A stretch of 64,000 bases of DNA from assembly GCA_963826115.1 (NCBI GenBank), contig CAWGVS010000006.1, forward strand, positions 128,001 to 192,000, given 5' to 3'. The translations under genes were made by a program, and so were the position numbers. Every line of letters starts with the position of its first letter. Position 1 is the stretch's first letter. This DNA comes from an uncultured Candidatus Rokubacteria bacterium. GTDB lineage: Bacteria > Methylomirabilota > Methylomirabilia > Rokubacteriales > DASRDR01. This document shows positions 31,825 through 40,639 of the stretch, piece after piece. The notes beneath the pieces were generated by a model. The model was not told where the DNA came from. It worked only from the letters and a program-made list of their open reading frames with translations, and searched no databases.

Positions 31825-33483
31825 ATGGGCACGATCCCCTCGAGCTTCCTTCCCCCTCGCGCGCTCTGGCCCGAGCGGGTCTACACGCTGCCCGAGCACG
31901 CGACCTACCCGGCCCGCCTGAACTCGACGGAGGAGCTGATCGACCGCCACGTCGAGGCCGGCCACGGCGACCGCGTGGCGGTCCTCTACGAGGACCAGCG
32001 GCTCACGTATCGGCAGCTCCAGGGCGCGGTCGGCCGGCTGGGCTCCGCGCTCCGCGCGCTCGGCGTCGAGGAGGAGGACCGGGTGCTCCTCCGGGCCCCG
32101 TCGATCCCGCCGGCGCTCGTGGCCAACTTCGCGGTCATTCGGATCGGCGGCGTGATCGTGCCCACCTCGCCCCTGTTCTCGCGGGCCGAGCTCGCGCACG
32201 TGGCGGAGGATACCGAGGCGGTCGCCCTCATCGTCGCGGCGCCGCTCCTCGAGGAGGTCGAGAAGGCGCGGGCCGACCTGGGCCGCGTCCGCCACGTCGT
32301 CGTGATCGGCGGCGACGCGGCGGAGATCAAGGCCAAGGGCTACATCCCCTACGGCGAGCTCCTGGCGACTGGCGCCGAGGCGTGTCCGCCGGTCCGGCGC
32401 GACCGTCTCGCCGTCTCCGTCCTCCTCTACACGTCCGGGACCACCGGGCTGCCGAAGGGCACCGCCCACGTCATGGAGGAGGCGCTCACCGTCCCCGACG
32501 GCTTCGGGAAGCACGGCTGGCGCGTGGAGCCGGGCGACGTGATCGGCGGGCCGGCGCCTCTGTCGCTCGCCGCCGGGTACTCGACGCAGGCGGTCATCCC
32601 GTTCCGGTTCGGCGCCGCGGCCTCGCTCCTCCCGCGGTTCACGCCCGAGGGGATGTTCGAGCAGATCCAGAAGCACCGGATCACGGTGGTGTCGATCCTG
32701 CCGACGGCCTACCGGAAGATGATGCAGGTGCCGGACGCCGCGCGCCGCTACGACCTCGCGTCGGTCCGCATCTGCACCGGGGGCGGCGAGTCGCTGGGGG
32801 CCGCGACCTACCGGGACTGGAAGGCGATGTTCGGGCTCGAGATCTACGAGGGGCTCGGGACGACCGAGATGATGTTCGTGTTCGTCTCGTCGGCCGTCAC
32901 GCGCCGGGTCACGCCCGGCGCCATCGGGCCCGCCGTGCCCGGGTACGAGCTGCGGGTCCTCGGCGACGACGGCGCGCCGGTCGCTCCCGGCGCGGCCGGC
33001 GTCCTGGTCGCCCGGGGGCCGACGGGCGCCCTCTACTGGCGCGATCCCGAGAAGCAGCGCGCCACGGTCCGCGACGGGTGGTCGCGCGCGGGGGACTTCG
33101 TCACGCTCGACGCCGACGGGTACGTCTGGTTCATGTCCCGGGAGGACGACCTCATCAAGTCCTCGGGCTACCGCATCGGGCCCGAGGAGGTGGAGGAAGC
33201 GCTGGCCGGGCATCCGGCGGTGGCCGACGCCGGCGTCATCGGGGTCACCGACCCCGTCCGGGGGCAGCGCACGCGGGCGTACGTGACGCTCCACCCGGGA
33301 CAGGCGGCGTCCGACGCCCTCCGGCGCGAGCTGATCGAGTTCTGCCGCGACAAGGTCGCGGTCTACAAGCTGCCGCGGGAGGTCGCGTTCGTGCCGCAGC
33401 TCCCGCGCGCGCCCGGCCCCGCCGGCCCGGGGACGGGCAAGCTCCTGCGCCGCGTCCTGCGGGAGCAGGCCGCGCGCGGCTGA
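31825..33483 (+). CDS. Acyl-CoA synthetase (benzoate/2-aminobenzoate-CoA ligase family)
   Basis: YTSGTTGLPKG, YEGLGTTE, REDDLIKSSGYRIGPEEVE, TGKLLRR. Confidence 0.9.
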   Translation: MGTIPSSFLPPRALWPERVYTLPEHATYPARLNSTEELIDRHVEAGHGDRVAVLYEDQRLTYRQLQGAVGRLGSALRALGVEEEDRVLLRAPSIPPALVANFAVIRIGGVIVPTSPLFSRAELAHVAEDTEAVALIVAAPLLEEVEKARADLGRVRHVVVIGGDAAEIKAKGYIPYGELLATGAEACPPVRRDRLAVSVLLYTSGTTGLPKGTAHVMEEALTVPDGFGKHGWRVEPGDVIGGPAPLSLAAGYSTQAVIPFRFGAAASLLPRFTPEGMFEQIQKHRITVVSILPTAYRKMMQVPDAARRYDLASVRICTGGGESLGAATYRDWKAMFGLEIYEGLGTTEMMFVFVSSAVTRRVTPGAIGPAVPGYELRVLGDDGAPVAPGAAGVLVARGPTGALYWRDPEKQRATVRDGWSRAGDFVTLDADGYVWFMSREDDLIKSSGYRIGPEEVEEALAGHPAVADAGVIGVTDPVRGQRTRAYVTLHPGQAASDALRRELIEFCRDKVAVYKLPREVAFVPQLPRAPGPAGPGTGKLLRRVLREQAARG

Positions 33484-33492
33484 GGGGACCCC

Positions 33493-34341
33493 GTGGTGGG
33501 CCGCTTCGCGGGCCGCGTCGTCTTGATCACGGGCGCCTCGTCCGGCATCGGGGCGGCGGTCGCGCGGGAGTTTGCCCGGGAGGGTGCCGATCTGGTCCTG
33601 ACGGCGCGCCGCCTTCCGCGCCTGGAAGCGCTCGCCGCGGAGCTCCGGGCGGCCGGGCGCCGCACGCTGGCCAGCCCGTGCGACGTCACCGAGGATGGCG
33701 CCCTCGAGCGAGCCGTCGGCCAGGCCCTCGACACGTTCGGCCGCCTCGACGTCGTGGTGGCCAACGCCGGGTTCGGCGTCGTCGGCCCGGTCGAGCGCCT
33801 CACGCTCGACGACTACCGCCGGCAGTTCGAGACCAACGTGTTCGGCGTGCTCCGGACGGCCCGGGCGGCGCTCCCCGCGCTCCGGCGGAGCCGCGGGACG
33901 CTGGCGATCGTCGGCAGCGTGGCCGGTCACGTCCCGACGGCTGGCGTGTCGGCCTACGCCATGAGCAAGGCGGCGGTCGGCGCGCTGGCCGCCGCGCTGC
34001 GGGGCGAGGTGCGGGCCGCCGGGGTCGCCGTGGTCCTGGTGAGCCCGGGCTTCGTCGACAGCGAGTTCCGCCAGGTCGACAACCGCGGGGCGCATCATCC
34101 GGACGCGCCCGACCCGGTGTCGCGCTGGCTGGTGGTTCCGGCCCCGAAGGCCGCACGGGCCATCGTGCGCGGCATCGCCCGGCGGCGCCGCGAGGTGGTG
34201 GTGACGGGACACGGCAAGGCGGTCGTGTGGCTGGCGCGTCACTTCCCCGGCGTCCTGGCCTTCGCCCTCGAGCGCGGCGCCTACCGCTCGCGAGGCGAGC
34301 CGGGAGGCGTGCGCGGCGCCGACGCGGATGGTGTCTCGTGA
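33493..34341 (+). CDS. SDR family oxidoreductase
   Basis: TGASSGIG, NAG, YAMSK. Confidence 0.92.
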   Translation: MVGRFAGRVVLITGASSGIGAAVAREFAREGADLVLTARRLPRLEALAAELRAAGRRTLASPCDVTEDGALERAVGQALDTFGRLDVVVANAGFGVVGPVERLTLDDYRRQFETNVFGVLRTARAALPALRRSRGTLAIVGSVAGHVPTAGVSAYAMSKAAVGALAAALRGEVRAAGVAVVLVSPGFVDSEFRQVDNRGAHHPDAPDPVSRWLVVPAPKAARAIVRGIARRRREVVVTGHGKAVVWLARHFPGVLAFALERGAYRSRGEPGGVRGADADGVS

Positions 34342-34344
34342 CCG

Positions 34345-34370
34345 ATTGTCAGTCGGTCGTCGGTGACAAT
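34345..34370. promoter_or_regulatory. Inverted repeat, candidate enhancer (UAS) for the sigma54 promoter
   Basis: ATTGTCA-N12-TGACAAT, about 115 bp upstream of the -24 box. Confidence 0.5.
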
Positions 34371-34485
34371 TTCTGGCAAGGCGAACGGGCTAGTTCGCCC
34401 CCGCCCGGCACGCACTTGGCGTCGCCTGGCCGACGAAGCGAGCAAAACCGCCACCTTAGACGGTGCGCCGCGTCCCAGGTGGTCA

Positions 34486-34501
34486 TGGCACTGGCCTTGC
34501 T
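34486..34501 (+). promoter_or_regulatory. Sigma54 (-24/-12) promoter
   Basis: TGGCAC-TGGCC-TTGCT matches the TGGCAC-N5-TTGC(A/T) consensus; 66 nt before ATG 34568. Confidence 0.8.
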
Positions 34502-34567
34502 ATCTCTCCCGCCAGAGCCATGCAACAGCACGAGATCCGATCGAGCGCAGCAGGGAGTGGGGGACCC

Positions 34568-35815
34568 ATGAACGGTGTGGAGGAAGCTCCGCCTCCGGTC
34601 CCCGAGGCCCGCCGAGGGCTCCTCGGCGAGATCCTGATCCGCGAGGGCCTCATCAACGAGGGCCAGCTGTCGACGGCCCTCATGGTCCAGCGGGAGACCG
34701 AGCCGACGACGCCCCTCGGGCAGATCCTGGTCCGCCAGGGCGCGATCACCCAGCGTCAGCTCAACAACGTCCTCGACCGGTACCGCAAGAAGTACCGGCT
34801 GGGCGACATCCTCGTCGAGACCGAGACGATCACCGAGCACCAGCTCCAGATCGCGCTCGACCACCAGAAGAAGACGGGGCTCCGGCTGGGCGACGCCCTC
34901 CTCCAGCTCAACTTCGTGACGGAGGAAGAGGTCAACCAGGCGCTGTGCAAGCAGTTCGGGGTCACCTTCGTCGACCTCGACCGGCTCGTGCTCGACAACA
35001 GTCTGTCGCTGGTGATCAACCGCGAGTACGCCGAGCGCCACCGCGTGATCCCGATCTCGAAGGCCGACCGTGTGCTGGTCGTCGCCATGGACGACCCGTC
35101 CGACCTGAGTGTCGTGGCGGAGCTGGCGGCCGCGACCGGATCGCGCGTCAACGTGGTGACCTCGACCCACGCCGCGTTCCGCCGCGCCTTCGCCCGGACC
35201 TACGGCGAGAGCGCCGAGATCGGCCTCGTGCGGCGCGCCGAGCAGCTCGGGCGCGAGTACGAGACGCTCCGGGTGGAGAACGAGGCGAACAAGGAGAAGC
35301 TCGGCGAGCTCCGGCGGGCCCACGAGGTCCTGCTGGCGGATCGCGAGGCGTCGACGCGCACCCTGGCCGAACAGCGCACGCGGAACGAGTGGAACGACCA
35401 GGCCCTGACAGGGCTCCGCGAGGCTCACGCGGTGCTGCGCGCCGACTACGAGTCGGCTCGGGCCACGCTCGAGAAGCTGCGCGCCGAGTACGCCGAGAGC
35501 ACGCGGATGCTGGGCGACCTCCGGGAGGCCCACGAGGCCCTGAATGCCGAGCACGCGGGCACGGCGGAGCGGATGGCCGAGCGCCAGGCGCGGAACGAGT
35601 GGAACCTGCGAGTGCTCGACGAGCTCCGGAGCGCGCAGGACGGGTTGCGGAGCGCGTACGAGGGTCTCCGCGGCGAGCTCGAGCTCGCCCAGGGGCACCG
35701 GACGGAGGCCGAGTCGCGACTGACCGAGCTCCGGGCGTCGCACGCGACGCTCCTCACGGAATACTCGGCGATCGTGCGGGAAATCGAAGCGGTCACGGAC
35801 CGCCTGAAGAGCTGA
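34568..35815 (+). CDS. MshEN/T2SSE-N domain protein with long C-terminal coiled coil (no ATPase), paralog 1
   Basis: Four (R/L/P)LGxxL...LxxxLxxQ motifs, GSPII-E-N subdomain (HRVIPI...VAMDDP), then about 190 aa of heptads; no Walker A. Confidence 0.85.
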   Translation: MNGVEEAPPPVPEARRGLLGEILIREGLINEGQLSTALMVQRETEPTTPLGQILVRQGAITQRQLNNVLDRYRKKYRLGDILVETETITEHQLQIALDHQKKTGLRLGDALLQLNFVTEEEVNQALCKQFGVTFVDLDRLVLDNSLSLVINREYAERHRVIPISKADRVLVVAMDDPSDLSVVAELAAATGSRVNVVTSTHAAFRRAFARTYGESAEIGLVRRAEQLGREYETLRVENEANKEKLGELRRAHEVLLADREASTRTLAEQRTRNEWNDQALTGLREAHAVLRADYESARATLEKLRAEYAESTRMLGDLREAHEALNAEHAGTAERMAERQARNEWNLRVLDELRSAQDGLRSAYEGLRGELELAQGHRTEAESRLTELRASHATLLTEYSAIVREIEAVTDRLKS

Positions 35816-35828
35816 GGAGGCAATCGCG

Positions 35829-37187
35829 ATGGCCACGGCGCACGTGAACGGCAGTTACGGCAACGGCCACGACGCGGTCGCGCTCCCGATGATCGCCCCG
35901 CCGAAGCGCGCCTCGATCTCGCCGCCCCGGACCCGGCTGCTGGGCGAGCTGCTCGTCCGCGAGGGCCTGGTGTCGGAGGCGCAGCTCGCCACCGCGCTCC
36001 GCGCCCAGGAGGCGAGCCCCGACGGGACCCCGGTCGGGCAGCTGCTCGTCGAGCAGGGCGCGCTGTCATCGGCGGACCTCGAGGCGATGCTCCGCCGCTA
36101 CCACAAGAAATACCGGCTGGGCGACATCCTCGTCGAGACGAACGTGATCAGCGAGACGCAGCTCCAGCTGGGCGTCGACCATCACCGGCGGACCGGGCTG
36201 CGGCTGGGCGACGCGCTCCTCCAGCTCGGCTTCGTCAACGAGGAGATGCTGAAGCTGGCCCTCTGCACCCAGCTCGACGTGGCCTTCGTCGACCTCGACC
36301 GGTTCACGATCGACCGCAGCCTCGCGTCCCTGATCTCGCAGAGCTTCGCCCAGCAGCACCGGGTGCTCCCGATCGCCCGGGTCGACGACGAGCTGACCGT
36401 CGGCCTCCAGGACCCGACCGACGGCTGGATCGCCGAGAACCTCGAGGCGATGACCGGTTGCCAGGTGCGGCTGATCATGTCGACCGACGCCGCGTTCCAG
36501 CGGGCCTTCACGCGGGTGTACGGCGAGAATCCCGGTGTCGGCCTCTCACGGCAGCACGAGCGCCTCGAGCAGGCGCACGCCCTGCTTGCGCGCGAGTACG
36601 AGAAGGCGTCGCGGGCGCTCGGTGAGCTGCGCCAGTCCCACGAGGAGTTCCTCAAGGAGCAGGCCGAGCTCCTCCGGTCGGCCGCCGAGCAGGCCAACCA
36701 GCAGAGCGTCCACGAGCGGCGGCTCGCCGAGCTCCAGTCGGCGCACACGGCGCTTCGCGACGAGCACGAGGCACGGGGCCGCGCTCACGCGGAGCTGTCC
36801 CGGGCGCAGGCCGAGACGCTGGAGAGCCTCACCGCGGTCCGGCGCGAGCACGGGCGGCTTCTGAGCGAGCATCACGACCTCGGCGGCCAGCTCGTCGAGG
36901 AGCGGGAGCGCGGGGCGGAGCTGGCGCGACGCTTGGTCGAGCTGGAGTCGGCGCACATCGTGGAGCGCCGGCAGCTCGACGAGCGCGTGGCCGCGCTGAC
37001 CGCACTCGACGCCGCCTACTCGGAGACGACCCGTACCCTGGCCGGCCTCCGGGCCGAGCACGACACCCTGCGGGGCGAGTACGACCGCGTGTCGCGCGAG
37101 CTCCGCGAGCGGTGCCATACCGCCGAGGGGCGCCAGCAGCTCGCCGTCCAGCAGCTCGAGAGTCTGCTCACGCGTCTCCGGCAGTGA
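35829..37187 (+). CDS. MshEN/T2SSE-N domain protein with long C-terminal coiled coil (no ATPase), paralog 2
   Basis: Same architecture; KKYRLGDILVET...TGLRLGDALLQL...FVDLDR shared with paralog 1; GAGGAGG RBS. Confidence 0.85.
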   Translation: MATAHVNGSYGNGHDAVALPMIAPPKRASISPPRTRLLGELLVREGLVSEAQLATALRAQEASPDGTPVGQLLVEQGALSSADLEAMLRRYHKKYRLGDILVETNVISETQLQLGVDHHRRTGLRLGDALLQLGFVNEEMLKLALCTQLDVAFVDLDRFTIDRSLASLISQSFAQQHRVLPIARVDDELTVGLQDPTDGWIAENLEAMTGCQVRLIMSTDAAFQRAFTRVYGENPGVGLSRQHERLEQAHALLAREYEKASRALGELRQSHEEFLKEQAELLRSAAEQANQQSVHERRLAELQSAHTALRDEHEARGRAHAELSRAQAETLESLTAVRREHGRLLSEHHDLGGQLVEERERGAELARRLVELESAHIVERRQLDERVAALTALDAAYSETTRTLAGLRAEHDTLRGEYDRVSRELRERCHTAEGRQQLAVQQLESLLTRLRQ

Positions 37188-37221
37188 CCACGGCGCGCCG
37201 GCGGCGAACTCCCGGCGGCGC

Positions 37222-37890
37222 CTAGCCGGGCCGGCGCTCCGCGCCGAGCCGCCGCCCCAGGGTGTGGACTCGCCGTCCGGGGCCGACCTCGAGCGCCGCC
37301 AGCTCCGTGAAGCCCTGGCGCAGGTAGAACGGGCGCGGGTCGGCGCCGCAGAAGAGGTGGACCCCCGCCACGCCGGCCTTGGCGAGGTCCCGCACGTACC
37401 GCTCGATCAGCGCCGCTCCGATGCCCTGGCCCCGGCACTCCGCCTCGACGTTCATGTGGAGGTGGGCCGGGTACGCGCGACCGAAGTCCAGTGGGAGCGA
37501 TGGTCCGAGCCGAGCCTCGACGCCGCGGGCCCGGCGCAGCACGAGGCGCACCAGTCGCTGCGCGTCCACGGTCCACGCGTAGCGCCGGGCCGCGATCCCG
37601 AGCAGCAGGGGGAGCGTCATGCGGAACCGCCGGGCGCGGCGGAACGCCATCGTGTCGGGGCAGCCCGTGAGGTAGCCGACCACCCGTCCGGCGCGCTCGG
37701 CCACGTAGGTCCATCCCGGCGCGAGCCGCTGGTAGGGCCCGACCCAGAGCGCGGCGAACAGGGGCCAGCGCGCCAGATCGATCGGGTTGCCGTTGTCGCC
37801 GGTCCGGCAGCAGAGGCTCCGTACCGCCTGCCAGTCCGCCGCCGTCGTCGCCACCCGGACGAGCGTCGCGGCGCCGGACTCCGCCGTCAT
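37222..37890 (-). CDS. GNAT family N-acetyltransferase
   Basis: VVGYL, YPAHLHMNV, RGQGIGAAL, FYLRQGF. Confidence 0.85.
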   Translation of the reverse strand: MTAESGAATLVRVATTAADWQAVRSLCCRTGDNGNPIDLARWPLFAALWVGPYQRLAPGWTYVAERAGRVVGYLTGCPDTMAFRRARRFRMTLPLLLGIAARRYAWTVDAQRLVRLVLRRARGVEARLGPSLPLDFGRAYPAHLHMNVEAECRGQGIGAALIERYVRDLAKAGVAGVHLFCGADPRPFYLRQGFTELAALEVGPGRRVHTLGRRLGAERRPG

Positions 37891-38903
37891 GACCTCGCGT
37901 CGCGGACACAACGCTCGGCCAGCTCGACCTCCTCCGCGCTGCCGATGTAGCAGGGCGTGCGCTGGTGGTACTCGGTGGCGTCCACCTCCAGGATCCGCCG
38001 CGTGCCGGTGCTCCCCCGGCCGCCCGCGGTCTCGGCCACCTGCGCCAGCGGCGCCGCCTCGTACAGGAGCCGGATCCGTCCCTCGGGCCGGTCGGCGTCC
38101 TCCGGATAAAGGTAGATGCCGCCTTCGACGAGCGTCCGGTGGAAGTCGGCGACCATGGCGCCCGAGTAACGAAGCGCGTAACGCCGGTTGCCGTCGCGGG
38201 TACCGCGGAGCGACTCGACGAGCGCGCGCGGGGCCGGGCCCCAGCGGGGCCAGCTCGCGTCGTTGACGGCGTACGTGCGTCCGGCGGGAGGCATGCGCGC
38301 GCCGGCCCGCGTGAGGCGGAACTGCCGGTCGGCGGGGTCGAGGCCGAAGACGTCGACGCGCCCTCCCGCCGCGTACACGAAGACGGTGGCCGGGCCATAG
38401 AGGACGTAGCCGGCCGCGAGCTGCCGCGTCCCGGGGCCGAGCACCGCGCGCGCGGGCTCGCGGTCGCGCGGGCCCGGTCCGGGCCGGATCGCGAAGATCG
38501 TGCCGAGCGCGCCGCCCACGTCCGTGTTGAGGGAGCCGTCGAGAGGGTCCAGGCACACCGCGAAGGACTCCGCGGCGGCGGCGTCCGGCCAGGCGACCGG
38601 GACATCGAGCTCCTCGGACGCGACGACGGCCACGACGCCTGTCTGGCGGAGGACCTCCAGCATGAGGTCGTTGCCCACGAGGTCGAGTCGCCGCACGCGA
38701 TCGCCGTGCGCGTTCACGGCGCCGGTCTCGCCGAGGCGCCCGGAGAGGGCCGCGGCGGCGAGCTCCCGCGCGAGCTCCGCGCCTGCCCCGGCGATGGCCT
38801 CGAGGACCGAGACGATACCGGGGGCGAGCGCGGAGCCCCCGCCCTCTGGCGTCCGGAGGTGCTCGGCGAGGGTCGGGAGCGCGCTCGGTCGGCTCGCGGT
38901 CAC
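37887..38903 (-). CDS. fbp: Fructose-1,6-bisphosphatase class 1
   Basis: ASEE, DPLDGSLN, AAGYVLYGP, RYSGAMVADFHRTL, RLLYEAAP. Confidence 0.93.
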   Translation of the reverse strand: MTASRPSALPTLAEHLRTPEGGGSALAPGIVSVLEAIAGAGAELARELAAAALSGRLGETGAVNAHGDRVRRLDLVGNDLMLEVLRQTGVVAVVASEELDVPVAWPDAAAAESFAVCLDPLDGSLNTDVGGALGTIFAIRPGPGPRDREPARAVLGPGTRQLAAGYVLYGPATVFVYAAGGRVDVFGLDPADRQFRLTRAGARMPPAGRTYAVNDASWPRWGPAPRALVESLRGTRDGNRRYALRYSGAMVADFHRTLVEGGIYLYPEDADRPEGRIRLLYEAAPLAQVAETAGGRGSTGTRRILEVDATEYHQRTPCYIGSAEEVELAERCVRDARS

Positions 38904-39799
38904 TCGCGGGCTCGGACGGCGTGGCCGCCGAACTGGTTGCGCAGGGCGGCCAGCATGCGGTCGGCGAACGAGTCCTCCTCGCGCGAGCGGAACCGCGTGA
39001 AGAGGGCAGCGGTGATCGTCCAGGCGGGCACGGACTGGTCGATGGCGTCCTGCACCGTCCACCGGCCCTCGCCCGAGTCCTCGACCCAGCCCTTGATCTT
39101 CTGGAGCGCGGGATCCTCGGTGAGCGCCCGCCCGGCGAGCTCGACGAGCCAGGAGCGCACGACGCTGCCCTGCATCCAGAGGTCCGCGATCCGCGGGAGG
39201 TCGAGCCCGTACGGGCTCTTGTGCATGAGCGCGAAGCCCTCGGCGATGGCCTGCATCATGCCGTACTCGATGCCGTTGTGGACCATCTTCACGTAGTGAC
39301 CGGCTCCGTGGGCGCCCATGTGACCGTAGCCGTTCTCGGGCGCGAGCGTCCGGAACAGCGGCTCGAGATGCCGGTAGACCGCCTGGTCGCCCCCGACCAT
39401 GAGGCAGTAGCCGACCTGGAGGCCCCAGATGCCGCCGCTGGTGCCGACGTCCATGTAGCGGATTCCCAGGGGCTTGAGGGCCTCGGCCCGCCGCGCGTCG
39501 TCGTGGAAGTTCGAGTTCCCGCCGTCGATGATGATGTCGTCCCGGTCGAGGTGGCGGGCGACGGTGTCGATCATGTCCTGCGTCACGGCGCCGGACGGTA
39601 CCATGACCCAGACCGCCCGCGGCTTCGCGAGCCGGGCGACCAGGTCGGCGACGGACGTCGCGCCCACCGCGCCGTGCCCCTCCGCCTCGCGCACCTTCTC
39701 CGGACTCCGGTTGTACGCCACCACGCGGTGACCGCCCCGCACCAGGCGGACGACCATGTTCATGCCCATGCGGCCGAGGCCGATGAATCCGAGCTCCAT
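38900..39799 (-). CDS. gnd: 6-phosphogluconate dehydrogenase, decarboxylating (short form), copy 1
   Basis: [42 protein letters not shown]. Confidence 0.95.
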   Translation of the reverse strand: MELGFIGLGRMGMNMVVRLVRGGHRVVAYNRSPEKVREAEGHGAVGATSVADLVARLAKPRAVWVMVPSGAVTQDMIDTVARHLDRDDIIIDGGNSNFHDDARRAEALKPLGIRYMDVGTSGGIWGLQVGYCLMVGGDQAVYRHLEPLFRTLAPENGYGHMGAHGAGHYVKMVHNGIEYGMMQAIAEGFALMHKSPYGLDLPRIADLWMQGSVVRSWLVELAGRALTEDPALQKIKGWVEDSGEGRWTVQDAIDQSVPAWTITAALFTRFRSREEDSFADRMLAALRNQFGGHAVRARE

Positions 39800-39834
39800 C
39801 GAAGCGTCCTCCGTCGGGGAAGTGTTGTCGGCAG

Positions 39835-40542
39835 TCACGCGCGGGCCGGGTCTCCGCGCCTCAGGACCCGGACGGTCTCCGCCTCGGCGACCAGCACTTG
39901 CTCCGCGGTGCCGAGGAAGAAGCCCGTGTCGACGACGCCGGGGATCCGGCGGATCTCACCGTCGAGCGCGGCGGCGTTGTCCTGGGCCGCGATGCCGCAG
40001 TCGAGGATCCAGTTGCCGTTGTCGGTGACGAACGGCTGTCCGTCCGCCTCCCGCAGGCTGGGCCGGCAGCCGAGCTGGGCGAGGCGCCGGTCGCACAGGG
40101 GACGGGCGAACGGCACGATCTCCACCGGCAGGCGGCCGCGCGCGCCGAGGCGTGGTACGAGCTTCTCCGGGGTCACGAGGATGACCTGGCGCCGGGAGGC
40201 GGCGGCGACGATCCGCTCCCGTGTGAGCGCGCCGCCGTACCCCTTGATCAGATCGAGCGCGGGATCGACCTCGTCGGCCCCATCGACCGTGACGTCGAGG
40301 GGATCCTGTGACAGTTCGATGACGGACAGGCCCAGCGACGTTGCGAGCGCCGCGGTCGCGCGCGACGTCGCCACGGCCTCCACGCGGAGCCCCCGGCCCG
40401 CCGCGGCGGCGAGAGCGCGCACGAAGGCCTCGGCGGCCCGGCCGGAGCCGAGTCCGACGCGAAGGCGAGAGCCCGCCTCGCGCGCGAGCGCCACGGCGTA
40501 GGCGCCCAGGCGCGCGAGCGCCTCGGGCGACGGAGCGGGCAC
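39835..40542 (-). CDS. rpiA: Ribose-5-phosphate isomerase A
   Basis: GLGSG, DGADEVD, IKGYGGALTRE, TDNGNWILD, IPGVVDTG. Confidence 0.95.
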   Translation of the reverse strand: MPAPSPEALARLGAYAVALAREAGSRLRVGLGSGRAAEAFVRALAAAAGRGLRVEAVATSRATAALATSLGLSVIELSQDPLDVTVDGADEVDPALDLIKGYGGALTRERIVAAASRRQVILVTPEKLVPRLGARGRLPVEIVPFARPLCDRRLAQLGCRPSLREADGQPFVTDNGNWILDCGIAAQDNAAALDGEIRRIPGVVDTGFFLGTAEQVLVAEAETVRVLRRGDPARA

Positions 40543-40639
40543 GGGATTCGGTGACGCGCCGACCAGACGTGGCCTCCTCGGAGTGGGAAAGGCCCTAGCC
40601 AGACCTCACCCGGGGGCCTAGCATAGCAGGAGAGTCGAC

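Noticed and set aside
34568-37187. Annotating the MshEN pair as GspE/PilB ATPases
   Set aside because: No Walker A/B, Asp or His boxes; the C-termini are pure coiled coil.
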